64,000 nt of DNA from the NCBI GenBank assembly GCA_044222475.1, contig JBGANF010000022.1:1-64000 (forward strand), read 5' to 3'. This stretch comes from Polyangiaceae bacterium. Lineage in GTDB: Bacteria; Myxococcota_A; Polyangia; Polyangiales; Polyangiaceae. The position numbers and the translations under genes were made by a program. Below the pieces are notes generated by a model, which was given only the letters and a program-made list of their open reading frames with translations, ran no database searches and was not told the origin of the DNA. The stretch's first letter is position 1, and each line of letters opens with the position of its first letter. Positions 13,954 through 23,738 of this stretch are shown in pieces.

Positions 13954-14490
13954 CGCCGACGCCTCGGAGAGGACCGCAAGGACGAGGAGAGCGCTAGGAC
14001 GCAAGGAAGAGAAGGGGTGGGCGCTCGTGGTTACCCGGCGTCGCTCTGGGGTCGAGTCAGGACGACGCGACGAACCCCGCGAAGGAGAACCGGCACGTTG
14101 AAGTTGATGAGGAGCCCCAACGGGAGGCGCGACGCCTTGAGGTAGGCGAGCGTCTGGGCGACGTGAAGTGAAGTCACGCAATCGACACTCTTGAGCTCCA
14201 CGATGAGCGCGCCCTCAACGAGAAGATCGACACGCATCTCCCCCAGCGCCCGATCCTTGTAGCGGATGGGAAGCTTGCACTGCCGGACGAAGGCGAGCCC
14301 CTTCGCCTCGAACTCGTGCGCCATGGCGAGCTCATACACACTCTCGAGCCGTTCATCTGGAGTTTGAATGTCAACCACGGCAACCCATCGGCCGCGACTA
14401 CACCCAAGTTGCGACGAGCAGCGACCCCTCTCCTTTCCTTGCGTCCTCGCGCTCTCCTCGTCCTTGCGGTCCTCTTCCAGGGCGTAGCGC
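13954..14490. mobile_element. Inverted-repeat-bounded cassette carrying a GxxExxY gene
   Basis: Left arm gaggaccgcaaggacgaggagagcgctaggacgcaaggaa (about 13969-14008) is the near-perfect reverse complement of about 14435-14474, with looser matches extending on both sides. Confidence 0.6.
14031..14378 (-). pseudogene. GxxExxY family PD-(D/E)xK-like protein, apparently 5'-truncated
   Basis: LESVYE...RVDLLVEGALIVELKSV...HVAQTLAYLK...GLLINFN; the usual N-terminal helix and the G of GxxExxY are absent (ERLESVY). Confidence 0.7.
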
Positions 14491-14530
14491 GCGCCGGAGG
14501 CCATGAAATCCTGGGTCGAATTGAGGTGCG

Positions 14531-16369
14531 CTAGGCCGCGATCCCGCGCGCGCGCAGGATGTCTCGGAGCGTCTTGCCGAGCTCGGCCGTCGCGGTCGGC
14601 AGTTGCTGCCGGGCGAGGTCCACGAAGCGCTGGCCGCGAGACTTCCTCAGGCCTTCCATCGCCGCGTTCTTGTCCGCCGGGGTGCCGTGCTCGAGGATGC
14701 CGAGGAGGAACTCGGCCGCCTCCGGCGTCTCCACGCGCCCGAGGGCGCGCAGCGCAGCCGCGCGCACGTTGGCCTGAGGCGAGTCGCGGACGATGCGCGC
14801 GAGCGGATCGAAGGCGTGCGGGAACGTGAGCGCCTCGACCGCGCGGCACGCCTGCTCGACGACAGCGCCGTCCGATTCGCGCAGGCCGCTGCGCACGGTC
14901 TGGAAGCTGCGCTTGAAGAACAGCGTCTGCATCGCTTGGAGCACCCGCACCTTCACCGCGCGCTCCGGACGCTCGTACAGCTTCTCCAGCGGAGAGAGGA
15001 CGTTGTAGAGCTGCAGCTGCGCGAGCTGCTCGGCCAGGCGCTCGCGCGCGGAGGTCGCGGCTTGCGACGCGTCGTCCGGCCTCGCCTCGACGGCGAACGC
15101 GGTCAGCCGGGCGAGCATCGCCTTGCGCCGCACCAGGTCGGGCCAGCGTCGCTCGTCGAGGAGGACGTCGGCGCACGCCTCCGACGCGCTCCCTTGCTGC
15201 TCCCACTCGAGCAAGTCGACGTGCCACACCTCGGGGAACTGGTTGTCCTGCTTGAGGTGCGCCGGGAGCGGCTCCGCCTCGAGCGACTCGTCGCTGACCT
15301 GGCGATAGCGCTTGGCGGCACGCGCGTAGTGGCGCTGGCGGGCCGGCTCCAGGTCCATGCCAGCCAATTCGTTGTAGAGTGCACCGACCCGCGCGTACTG
15401 GCCCATCTCGCCGAACGCGAGGATCGCTGCGAGGATCGCGTTCTCGGAGATCTCGGGCGGGGCGCCTCGTTCGGCATGAGCGGCGGCGACCTGACGCCAC
15501 AGCTCCGCTTGGGCGATGACGTAGTGGGCGCTCGCCTTGTTCTGTCCGAGGCTCCGCGCGTAGTCGGCCGCCTCGCGCGCGAGGGTCGCCGCCGCCGAGA
15601 GCTCCCCGTTCTTCTGCGCTTCCTTGAGCGCGTCGTCGTAGTACTGGAGCGCGAAGTACTTCAGGTGATCCTCGCGAAGGATCCGGATGCAGTTCACGAA
15701 CCCTTCGAGCACGTCCTCGAACGCGTTGCCCTCGCGCCCGATCTGGACGAGGACCTGGAAGCAGTCGAATGCGCGCTCGCGGATGCCGACGGACTCGAAG
15801 TGATCGGCCGCCTCTTCGAGGAGGCGAACCGCGGCGACGATCGCGTCGTGCGCCTGGCGCGCGTCGCCACATTGCTTCGCGCACCGCGCGAGGTTGAACT
15901 GGACCAGCGCCGCGTTGTACGCGTCGGCGCCTCCGCTCGTGACCTGACCGAGGCGCGACCAGAGAGCGCGCGCGCCCGAGAAGTCGTTCGCCTTCTCCTT
16001 GTAGATGGCGGCCGCAGCGACGAGACCGGCGTTCTCCATCTCTCGCGCCGCTTGCGCCATGTCGCCGAGCGCGGCGAGTGTGCGCGCGCGGTCGACCGGG
16101 GGGACGCCCTTCTGCGCGACCCTCGCGCGCGCTTGGGCTTGCGCCTCCTTGTCGGTGTAGAGCGAGTACCAGAGGACGGTGAGCGAGCTCCGAACGTCAC
16201 CGCGCTTCAGCAGCACCTGGTCGAGGGGCTTCAGGATCGCGAGGTAGTCGTTCTCGGCGATGTGCGTCTGCTGCGCGGCGCTGACGAGAGTGTTCGCCGC
16301 GTCTTCGAAATCGCCGCGCGCCATGGCCTGACGGGCGCGCTCGCGCAGGTAGTAGAGATCGTCGAGCAT
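14531..16369 (-). CDS. TPR/HEAT-repeat alpha-solenoid protein
   Basis: 612-aa helical-repeat ORF; C-terminal HEAT-like units (VRAAALRALG). Confidence 0.7.
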   Translation of the reverse strand: MLDDLYYLRERARQAMARGDFEDAANTLVSAAQQTHIAENDYLAILKPLDQVLLKRGDVRSSLTVLWYSLYTDKEAQAQARARVAQKGVPPVDRARTLAALGDMAQAAREMENAGLVAAAAIYKEKANDFSGARALWSRLGQVTSGGADAYNAALVQFNLARCAKQCGDARQAHDAIVAAVRLLEEAADHFESVGIRERAFDCFQVLVQIGREGNAFEDVLEGFVNCIRILREDHLKYFALQYYDDALKEAQKNGELSAAATLAREAADYARSLGQNKASAHYVIAQAELWRQVAAAHAERGAPPEISENAILAAILAFGEMGQYARVGALYNELAGMDLEPARQRHYARAAKRYRQVSDESLEAEPLPAHLKQDNQFPEVWHVDLLEWEQQGSASEACADVLLDERRWPDLVRRKAMLARLTAFAVEARPDDASQAATSARERLAEQLAQLQLYNVLSPLEKLYERPERAVKVRVLQAMQTLFFKRSFQTVRSGLRESDGAVVEQACRAVEALTFPHAFDPLARIVRDSPQANVRAAALRALGRVETPEAAEFLLGILEHGTPADKNAAMEGLRKSRGQRFVDLARQQLPTATAELGKTLRDILRARGIAA

Positions 16370-16492
16370 GGAGGCTTCACCGCCAACCTACCATGACGCT
16401 CCCGAGCGATCGGGCGCGGCCGCTGCCTCATTTCTCGGCGGGAAGGGTACGTAGGGACCGCGCTTGTGCTCTCCGGGCGAGAGGGCGACAGT

Positions 16493-17191
16493 ATGGCCCC
16501 AGAACCCATGATCGATCTCCACGCCTGGCCCACTCCCAACGCCTTCAAGGTCGCGATTCTCCTCGAGGAGACTCAGCTCCCGTATCGCGTGATCCCCGTC
16601 GACATCGGCAAGGGCGAGCAGTTCACGCCCGAGTTCCTGAAGCTCAGCCCGAACAACCGCATGCCGGCGATCGTCGACCCGGACGGACCGGGAGGCACGC
16701 CGATCACGCTGTTCGAGTCGGGGGCGATCCTGATGTACCTGGGCGAGAAGACGGGGCGCTTCTTTCCGCAAGAGATGCGCGCCCGTTACACCGTCATCCA
16801 GTGGATCATGTGGCAGATGGCCGGGGTTGGTCCGATGTTCGGGCAGCTCGGGCACTTCGCGAGCTACGCGAAGGAGAAGATCCCGTACGCGATCGAGCGG
16901 TACCGCCAAGAGAGCAAGCGCCTCGTAGGGGTGCTCGACCGGCGCCTCGGCGAGAGCGAGTTCGTCGCCGGCGAGTATTCCATCGCCGACATGGCCATCT
17001 ACCCGTGGGTGGGAGGAATGGCTACACGCATGGCCGAGCTGGTGCAGGATGCCCCGAAGGTGCAGGCGTGGATGGCGACGCTCGCGGCTCGGCCGGCGGT
17101 CCAGAGGGGGATGGCGCTCATGAAGGAGCACCGCCGAACCCAACCCTTCACGGACGAAGAGCGGAAAAACCTCTTCGAGCGCAAGTCCTAG
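16493..17191 (+). CDS. Glutathione S-transferase (YfcG/Ure2p-like)
   Basis: TPNAFKV, SPNNRMPAIVD, FESGAIL, WQMAGVGPMFGQ, YSIADMAIYPW. Confidence 0.9.
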   Translation: MAPEPMIDLHAWPTPNAFKVAILLEETQLPYRVIPVDIGKGEQFTPEFLKLSPNNRMPAIVDPDGPGGTPITLFESGAILMYLGEKTGRFFPQEMRARYTVIQWIMWQMAGVGPMFGQLGHFASYAKEKIPYAIERYRQESKRLVGVLDRRLGESEFVAGEYSIADMAIYPWVGGMATRMAELVQDAPKVQAWMATLAARPAVQRGMALMKEHRRTQPFTDEERKNLFERKS

Positions 17192-17285
17192 CTTTTTCCT
17201 TTTGAATCGATCCGAAATCGGTCCGTCCATCCACCGACGTGGGTGGGTATTTCTGTCTCGAAACCGCTACGAACGAGGTTTGACC

Positions 17286-17849
17286 ATGCGTGGACGTTTC
17301 CCCCTCATCGCCTTCTCCGCCGCAACGCTCGTCGTCCTCTCGGCCGCCGGCCTTGCAGACGCGAAGCTCGCCAAGACGGGTGACGAGCCGTCGGTCGCGT
17401 TCCACGCGGTCGGCAGCGTCCCCGGCATGAAGATCGACGGCTCGACCAACGAGCTCAACGTCACCGACGACGGGACGAACGTGAAGATCATCGTCCCGCT
17501 CGCCAAGCTCGACACGAAGATCTCGCTCCGCAACGATCACATGCGGAACAAGTACCTCGAGGTCGGCACCTATCCGAACGCGGAGCTCACGGTTGCGCGC
17601 GGCTCGCTCAAGTTCCCGGCCGCTGGCGCTTCGAGCCAGGGTGACGCGACCGGCACGATGAAGATCCACGGCAAGGAAAAGCAGGTCACCTTCCACTACG
17701 CCGCCGGCAACTCGGGCGGGAAGATCACGGTGAAGGGGAGCGTGCACCTCAACATCAACGACTACGGGATCGTCATCCCGAGCTACGCCGGAGTGACGAT
17801 GAAGCCCGACGTGGACGTGGAAGTCTCGTTCGTGGCGACCGACTCCTGA
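17286..17849 (+). CDS. YceI family periplasmic protein
   Basis: Signal peptide; LDTKISLRNDHMR...YP; GTMKIHG; DYGI. Confidence 0.85.
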   Translation: MRGRFPLIAFSAATLVVLSAAGLADAKLAKTGDEPSVAFHAVGSVPGMKIDGSTNELNVTDDGTNVKIIVPLAKLDTKISLRNDHMRNKYLEVGTYPNAELTVARGSLKFPAAGASSQGDATGTMKIHGKEKQVTFHYAAGNSGGKITVKGSVHLNINDYGIVIPSYAGVTMKPDVDVEVSFVATDS

Positions 17850-17852
17850 ACC

Positions 17853-18704
17853 CTACTTGCTCGGTGGCGTGCTCGTGCGCTCCGGCGTGCCCGCAGCAGC
17901 AGCAGCCTCTTCTTCCGCCCGCAGCGCGGCTGCGCGTTCTCTACGGTTCTTCGGGATGCTGATGATCGACTCGACCAGGCCGAGGACGACGTAGCAGCCG
18001 AGCAGCCACACGAGCACGAACGCCGGCTTGGTCTGGAGCGAGATCACCGCGCTCGATCCGATGATGAACAGGACCGCCGCGACCGAGACCGCGTTGAGCT
18101 TGATCTCCTTGAAGCTGCGGAACTTCACCGTCGAGACCATCAGGAAGCTCAGGAACGCGGTGAGCCCGCTGAGCGGCCAGACGTACTTCGGGCTCGCGAG
18201 GTCGCCGCCGATCGCGTGGTTCGCGATCACGAGCGAGACCAGCACGCCAGCAGCCCCCGGGATGACCAACCCGACGACGTACTTCCCGGGCTTGGTCGGA
18301 GCGCCGCCCTCGCCCATCGTGAGGACGTTGAACCGCGCGAGACGGACCGCACCGGCGCCCACGAAGAGGAACGAGCAGACGAGCCCGACGACGCCGATCT
18401 GGTGGAGCGAGAACTGGTAGACGAGGATCGCCGGTGCGCAGCCGAACGAGACCACGTCGGCGAGCGAGTCGATCTGGAGCCCGAACGCGCTCTGGGTCTT
18501 GGTCAGGCGGGCGACGCGCCCGTCGAGCATGTCGAAAATGAGCGCGAACACGAGGAGAATCGAGGCGCGGTAGAAGTCGTCCCCCTCGCCTCGAGCGGAC
18601 AGCCGCATCGAGTCGAACCCGCAGAAGATCGACGAAAGCGTGATCATGTTGGGCAGCAAGAAGAGGGTCTTCTTGAGGTCGATACGACGCGTGCGGGGGG
18701 TCAA
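17853..18704 (-). CDS. pssA: CDP-diacylglycerol--serine O-phosphatidyltransferase
   Basis: LPNMIT, DMLDGRVARLTKTQSAFGLQIDSLADVVSFG, RLARFN; AGGAGG upstream of TTG 18704. Confidence 0.92.
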   Translation of the reverse strand: MTPRTRRIDLKKTLFLLPNMITLSSIFCGFDSMRLSARGEGDDFYRASILLVFALIFDMLDGRVARLTKTQSAFGLQIDSLADVVSFGCAPAILVYQFSLHQIGVVGLVCSFLFVGAGAVRLARFNVLTMGEGGAPTKPGKYVVGLVIPGAAGVLVSLVIANHAIGGDLASPKYVWPLSGLTAFLSFLMVSTVKFRSFKEIKLNAVSVAAVLFIIGSSAVISLQTKPAFVLVWLLGCYVVLGLVESIISIPKNRRERAAALRAEEEAAAAAGTPERTSTPPSK

Positions 18705-18866
18705 GGCTCCAAATCCTCCTCGGTCGGCGAAGACCGACCGGAGCGCATACGTCCGGCGTCGCCCAATGTCCCCCAACTGGTTCGCGAGGACAAGGGTCGG
18801 CGCTCCTCGCCGAGTTTTTGCCGAAAATTGGCAGGATCGGGCGGGGGGGCCTACGCTTGAGGCGAG

Positions 18867-19688
18867 ATGCGATCGCTCACCGTCGTGGTGCTTCTGTCCC
18901 TGTGCGCCGCGTGCGCCCAAAGCGCCGAGGAGCGTCAGCTCGCCGAGCTGCAGAAGGAGCTCCTCCAGGTCCAGAACGATCACGACAAGTTCGACCAGCG
19001 GCTCTCGTCGCTGGAGATCAAGGCGGCCGACGAAGCACCGAAGCCGCCCCCCGCCTCGTCCGGCCCGAACACGCCCCCGCTTCGCGTCGTACACCTCAAC
19101 CCGGACGGCTCCGAGGTCAGCGCCTCGTCGAGCGAAGCCGCCGGCGCCAGCACGGTCGACGACGATGCGCCGCGGCCGGTGATCCGCGTCCAAGGCGGGC
19201 CCGCCGTCAAACGCGGCGGCAAAGGAAGCGGCGACGTCATCGAGCAGACGATGCCCGACGAAGTCGGGCCTGCCGGGCCGCCCATCACGACGGGCGCGAA
19301 GCCGCCCAGCGCGCTCGATCCCGAAGCGAAGCGCACGTACGACGCCGCGCTCGCGCTCGTGAACGCGAAGCAATACGACAAGGGCCTCGAGGCGCTCGCC
19401 GCGTTCCTCGTTCGCTACCCCGACCATCCGTACGCTGCGAACGCCACCTACTGGCGAGGCGAGTGCTACTTCGCACAGGGCCAGTACGTGCGCGCGGTCG
19501 AGCAGTTCGAAGGGATCCTCGCGCGCTACCCCCTCGGCAACAAGACGCCGGACGCGCTCCTCAAGCTCGGACTCTGCCAACAGAAGCTCGGCAACCCGGC
19601 GAAGGCGAAGACCTACTTCGACAAGCTCCAGGCCGAATATCCGCGGAGTGACGCCGCCAAGCTCATCCCCAGTTCGGAGCAAAAATGA
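18867..19688 (+). CDS. cpoB: Tol-Pal system protein YbgF/CpoB
   Basis: Lipobox, coiled coil, TPRs YPDHPYAANATYWRGECY...KTPDALLKLG. Confidence 0.85.
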   Translation: MRSLTVVVLLSLCAACAQSAEERQLAELQKELLQVQNDHDKFDQRLSSLEIKAADEAPKPPPASSGPNTPPLRVVHLNPDGSEVSASSSEAAGASTVDDDAPRPVIRVQGGPAVKRGGKGSGDVIEQTMPDEVGPAGPPITTGAKPPSALDPEAKRTYDAALALVNAKQYDKGLEALAAFLVRYPDHPYAANATYWRGECYFAQGQYVRAVEQFEGILARYPLGNKTPDALLKLGLCQQKLGNPAKAKTYFDKLQAEYPRSDAAKLIPSSEQK

Positions 19689-21049
19689 CTCGGTATCGTT
19701 TCCCGCGCCCCGCCTATCGGCGCGCCTTCGCGTTCGTCACCGCGGCGCTCATCCCGGTCTCGACGGTGACGGTCGTCTTCGCCCAGCAGGTGCAGGGCGG
19801 CGGCGCCGCGCCCGGCGGCACCGGTGGAACCAGCAGCAGCTCCATCACCGTCTACCCCGGCGGCGTCGCGCCTCCGCCTCCCGGCGTTCCGCTCGGCGGC
19901 GGCAACAACACGGGTGCCTCTTCGCGCCCGTACGATCCGAACCACCCGGACGGCTTCGACCTCGGTCGCTCGAGCGGTGGCTCCACCGTGCTGACCGGCA
20001 ACCCGAACGGCAGCGCCGACCTCGGTCACTCGAGCGGCACGACGCTCACCCTCGGCGATGGCCTGATTCCCGACCCGTACATCGTCAAGCGCGGCGACAC
20101 CCTATGGGCGATCTGCGACACGTTCTTCAAGAACCCGTACCAGTGGCCTCGCATCTGGTCGTACAACCCGCAGATCCAGAACCCGCACTGGATCTACCCC
20201 GGCGACGCGCTCCGCTTGCGCGGCCCCGGCGGCGATGGCGGTGGTGTGACGACGGCGACGCCGCAGCCGCAAACGACTGGCAACCTGATCGATCGTCGTC
20301 GCCAGGTCGCGCCGCAGACGATCTTCCTGCGAGACACCGGCTTCGTCGACGAGGACGACAAGGACAACTGGGGCGAGATCACCGGCGCCCCGGTCGACAA
20401 GATGTTCCTCACCGACACCGACGAGATCTACCTCAAGGTCGGACCCGGGAAAGACGTGAAGGTCGGCCAAGAGCTCACGATCTTCCGGCCCGTGCGCAAG
20501 GTGGCGGGCGGCAAGCTCGTGCAGATCCAGGGCACGGTGAAGGTCAACGCGTGGAACGAGAAGGATCGCGTCGCTCGCGGGACCATCACCGAGACGCTCG
20601 ACGTCATCGAGCGCGGCGCTCGCATCGGCCCGATCGGTCGCAAGTTCGACGTCGTCCCGCCGTCGCGCAACGACCAAGAGATCAAAGCGCAGGTGCTCGC
20701 GAGCGTGTACCCGCACAACTTCTACGGTCAGAACCAGGTCGTCTTCATCGACAAGGGCGAGGCCGACGGCGTGAAGGTCGGCAACCGTATGTTCATCCTC
20801 CGGCGCGGAGACGCGTGGCGTCAGAGCCTCGCCTCCGACGTGGCGGGGTCGCGCATCGCTCTCGAGGACGAGTCACCGGCCGCGGTGGAGCGAATCCCGA
20901 GCGGGGTCGGCGACGGGAAGCTCCCGGTCGAGGTCATCGGCGAGCTGCGCGTGCTCCAGACGAAGCAGCACACCAGCGCCTGCCTCGTCACCCAGTCGAC
21001 GCGCGAGATCGAGCTCGGCGACGACGCGGTCGCGCGCAAAGGTTATTGA
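19685..21049 (+). CDS. tsaP: LysM-domain protein, TsaP-like (type IV pilus secretin-associated)
   Basis: YIVKRGDTLW...WPRIWSYNPQIQNPHWIYPGD, a TsaP-type LysM motif, followed by beta-rich domains. Confidence 0.65.
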   Translation: MTRYRFPRPAYRRAFAFVTAALIPVSTVTVVFAQQVQGGGAAPGGTGGTSSSSITVYPGGVAPPPPGVPLGGGNNTGASSRPYDPNHPDGFDLGRSSGGSTVLTGNPNGSADLGHSSGTTLTLGDGLIPDPYIVKRGDTLWAICDTFFKNPYQWPRIWSYNPQIQNPHWIYPGDALRLRGPGGDGGGVTTATPQPQTTGNLIDRRRQVAPQTIFLRDTGFVDEDDKDNWGEITGAPVDKMFLTDTDEIYLKVGPGKDVKVGQELTIFRPVRKVAGGKLVQIQGTVKVNAWNEKDRVARGTITETLDVIERGARIGPIGRKFDVVPPSRNDQEIKAQVLASVYPHNFYGQNQVVFIDKGEADGVKVGNRMFILRRGDAWRQSLASDVAGSRIALEDESPAAVERIPSGVGDGKLPVEVIGELRVLQTKQHTSACLVTQSTREIELGDDAVARKGY

Positions 21050-21816
21050 TCCGCGCTCCAGCGCGCGAGATCGAGCGCGAACTCCTTCGCGGACGCGAAG
21101 CGGTCGTCGCGAGAAGCGGCCAGCGCTCGCGCGATGATCGCATCGAGGCCGGGATCGACTCCTGCGCCCGGGCGAGGGGCGTTCATCAGCGCCTCGAAGA
21201 ACGCGCCGATGGGAGCGGGCTCGAAGACGTGCCGACCCGTGACCGCGCGGAAGAGCGTGGCGCCGAGCGCGTAGAGATCCGCGCGCCCGTCGAGGGGCTC
21301 GCCTCGCGCTTGCTCCGGAGCCTTGAACGCGGCCGTTCCGGCGTCGTCGCCGGGCGATCCAGCGGGGGTCGCCAGACCGACGTCCAAGAGCTTCGCGTTC
21401 ACGTGGTCGCCGGCGACGAGGAACACGTTCCCGGGTTTTACGTCGCGATGGACGAAGCCGAGCTGGTGGATCTCGGCGAGGGCGTCGAGGATCTGCAGCC
21501 CGATCGCGACCGCCCGGGCCGGCGCGATCGGTCCCTGCTCGTCGATCACGCGCTCGAGCGTCGTCCCTTCGAGGTACTCGTGGACCACGAACGGCGGGTC
21601 GTCGCCGCGGCCGGCGACGCGCACCGCGTGGGGGCTCGTGAGGCGCGCACCGAGCTCGGCCTCGCGCGCGATGCGCGCGGCATCCTCCGCTCGCCCCAGC
21701 TTGATCGCCACCCGCGCTCCGGTCACGCGATCGTGCGCGGCGACCACCGCGCCCATGCCGCCGCGCCCGAGCTCGCGCTCCACCTCGTAGCGCCCGGCGA
21801 CGACCAGGCCCTTCAA
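21043..21816 (-). CDS. Stand-alone Hanks-type Ser/Thr protein kinase
   Basis: LGRGGMGAV, VAIK, HRDVKPGN, DVG, APEQ, DLYALG. Confidence 0.88.
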   Translation of the reverse strand: MKGLVVAGRYEVERELGRGGMGAVVAAHDRVTGARVAIKLGRAEDAARIAREAELGARLTSPHAVRVAGRGDDPPFVVHEYLEGTTLERVIDEQGPIAPARAVAIGLQILDALAEIHQLGFVHRDVKPGNVFLVAGDHVNAKLLDVGLATPAGSPGDDAGTAAFKAPEQARGEPLDGRADLYALGATLFRAVTGRHVFEPAPIGAFFEALMNAPRPGAGVDPGLDAIIARALAASRDDRFASAKEFALDLARWSADQ

Positions 21817-22553
21817 TCGTAGCGCTCCGAGTGAACTTGCTCTCGCGCGAGGCCCATCTCCTTGCGGAGCAGATCCCGCACCGCGCCCACCATGCGCTGG
21901 AGACCGCAGACGTAGACGTGGCCGGTGCCCTCGCCCCGCGCCCCGAGCTCCGCCCAGAGCTCCTTAACGTGCGCTTGGACGTAGCCGCGCCGTCCGCTCC
22001 ATCCGTCCGCCGGCCGCGATAGTGTGTATTCTACACGAACGTTCGGATGGACGCGCGCGAGCTCGCCGAGCTCGTCGCGGTAGAGGATGTCCTCCTCGGT
22101 GCGGTTGCCGACGAGCACCCACAGAGCGCGCTTCTCGCCGGTGGCGAGCGCGTGGCGGAGCATGCTCCGCATCGGGGTGAAGCCGGTGCCGGTGCCGACG
22201 AAGAGGGAGGGACCCGATTTCTCGGCCGGGCGCGTGAAGAATCCCTGGGGTCCGATCACCGGGATCTCGGCGCCGATCGGCATGGCGTGGAGGATCGTCG
22301 ACCCCGGCCCGCCGCTCACGTGCGTGACCGCGACCTCGAAGCGCGGCGATCCGTCGGGCGGCGACGCGATCGAGTACGCGCGTCGCAGCTCGCCTCCCGG
22401 CATCGACTCCATCGGGAGCGCCAGGCTGACCCACTGGCCGGCGTCGAAGATCATGGGGGCGCCGTCGCCTCGCTCGAAGACCAGCTCGCGCACCGCTGGC
22501 GTGAGCATGCGCGCGGACACGAGCTTGGCGGCGAACGTCGGGGGAACGGGCAT
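21813..22553 (-). CDS. FAD/NAD(P)-binding oxidoreductase (ferredoxin-reductase family)
   Basis: RAYSIAS, GPQGFF, GTGTGFTP, YVCG, ends ERYD. Confidence 0.88.
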   Translation of the reverse strand: MPVPPTFAAKLVSARMLTPAVRELVFERGDGAPMIFDAGQWVSLALPMESMPGGELRRAYSIASPPDGSPRFEVAVTHVSGGPGSTILHAMPIGAEIPVIGPQGFFTRPAEKSGPSLFVGTGTGFTPMRSMLRHALATGEKRALWVLVGNRTEEDILYRDELGELARVHPNVRVEYTLSRPADGWSGRRGYVQAHVKELWAELGARGEGTGHVYVCGLQRMVGAVRDLLRKEMGLAREQVHSERYD

Positions 22554-22566
22554 CGTCGATGGGCCC

Positions 22567-23190
22567 TCAAGCTCGAGGGAGCGCTTCCTTTCGGTACGCG
22601 AACGCCGCCTTGACGCGAGAGTGCGCGCGAAAGGCGAGGTCCATCTTGAGCACGGCGTCGAGGAACGCATCGCGACCGAGCCCGCGCTCGCGCGCGACCG
22701 CGATCAACGCGGTGATCGGTCCAGTCGCGTCTTCGGCGTGGAACAGCGCACCGCCGAGGAGCGCGACGTCGACCGTGGCGTCGTGGCGCGCGGCCACGAC
22801 CCGGCCGTCGACGAACCCGCCAGCGCGGCGGAGCGCGTCCGCGAGCCCCAAGGTGGCTTCGACCCGAAACGCCGCGCCGCTCCAGGCGTCCTCGAGGCGG
22901 AAGCCGCCTTTCTCGGCGCTGACGCGAAAGAGCCCGCGGTGGGCGCGCGTCAGTGGTTCGAGCCAGAAGCGAACCCCGTCGTCGAGGAGCGGCTCGAGCT
23001 CGGATCCGAAGCTCTGGGTCGTGAGCGCGTCGTCCCAGAACGCCGCGCTGCGCGCTTCGAACCACGGATCGTCCGGGGTGTAGGTGCCGGTGCGCTCCTC
23101 GAACCGGGCGCGCATCGCGGCGATTCGCGCGGCGTGACGCGACTCGCCGGCGTGCTCCAGCATCAGGTCGATGCTCGCTGAGAGGTGCAT
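22567..23190 (-). CDS. Hypothetical protein
   Basis: Protein-like ORF co-oriented with the oxidoreductase and kinase. Confidence 0.6.
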   Translation of the reverse strand: MHLSASIDLMLEHAGESRHAARIAAMRARFEERTGTYTPDDPWFEARSAAFWDDALTTQSFGSELEPLLDDGVRFWLEPLTRAHRGLFRVSAEKGGFRLEDAWSGAAFRVEATLGLADALRRAGGFVDGRVVAARHDATVDVALLGGALFHAEDATGPITALIAVARERGLGRDAFLDAVLKMDLAFRAHSRVKAAFAYRKEALPRA

Positions 23191-23258
23191 CTGGAGGACT
23201 CGGAGCCCGGAGCATACACCTTGCGCTTCGCCGTCCCAGTTTGCGATCATCCGCGGTG

Positions 23259-23681
23259 ATGCAGAATCGTGTGTTCTTCCCCCAAGCGGCGTTCGACCAG
23301 TGGCTGGTCGAGGGTGCGATCGATCTCGCCGGGAACGAGCTCACGATCCTCGCCGAAGGTCGGCGCTACCGCATCGCCGAGGCCATCCGCGTCCTCCGCG
23401 AGGTCACCGGGACGCCGGACGCGAACGACATCGTCGGGCGCGTGAAATCGAAGGTCTTCTTCGAGCAGCTAGGGGCCGAGATCCTCGAGGGCTCGATGAT
23501 CATCGGCGACAACGCCTACGACATCATCCAAGGCTGGCTCGGAGTCCCGGCGACGAGCTTCAACGAGCACAAGAGCTCGGATGCCTGGAAGCGAGCGCGC
23601 GGAAGTCAGCCCGACTTCCCCGCAGAGGAGCCCCGCACCGATGAGGACCTGCTCGCCAAGTTCCTGATCAAGAACCTCTGA
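23259..23681 (+). CDS. Hypothetical protein
   Basis: Globular-looking 140-aa ORF upstream of ccsA-hemA. Confidence 0.65.
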   Translation: MQNRVFFPQAAFDQWLVEGAIDLAGNELTILAEGRRYRIAEAIRVLREVTGTPDANDIVGRVKSKVFFEQLGAEILEGSMIIGDNAYDIIQGWLGVPATSFNEHKSSDAWKRARGSQPDFPAEEPRTDEDLLAKFLIKNL

Positions 23682-23738
23682 CCGCGGATTTCTCGGCCGT
23701 TTTTGCCTCGGGTGGGGCGAACGACTAGACTCCCGGCG

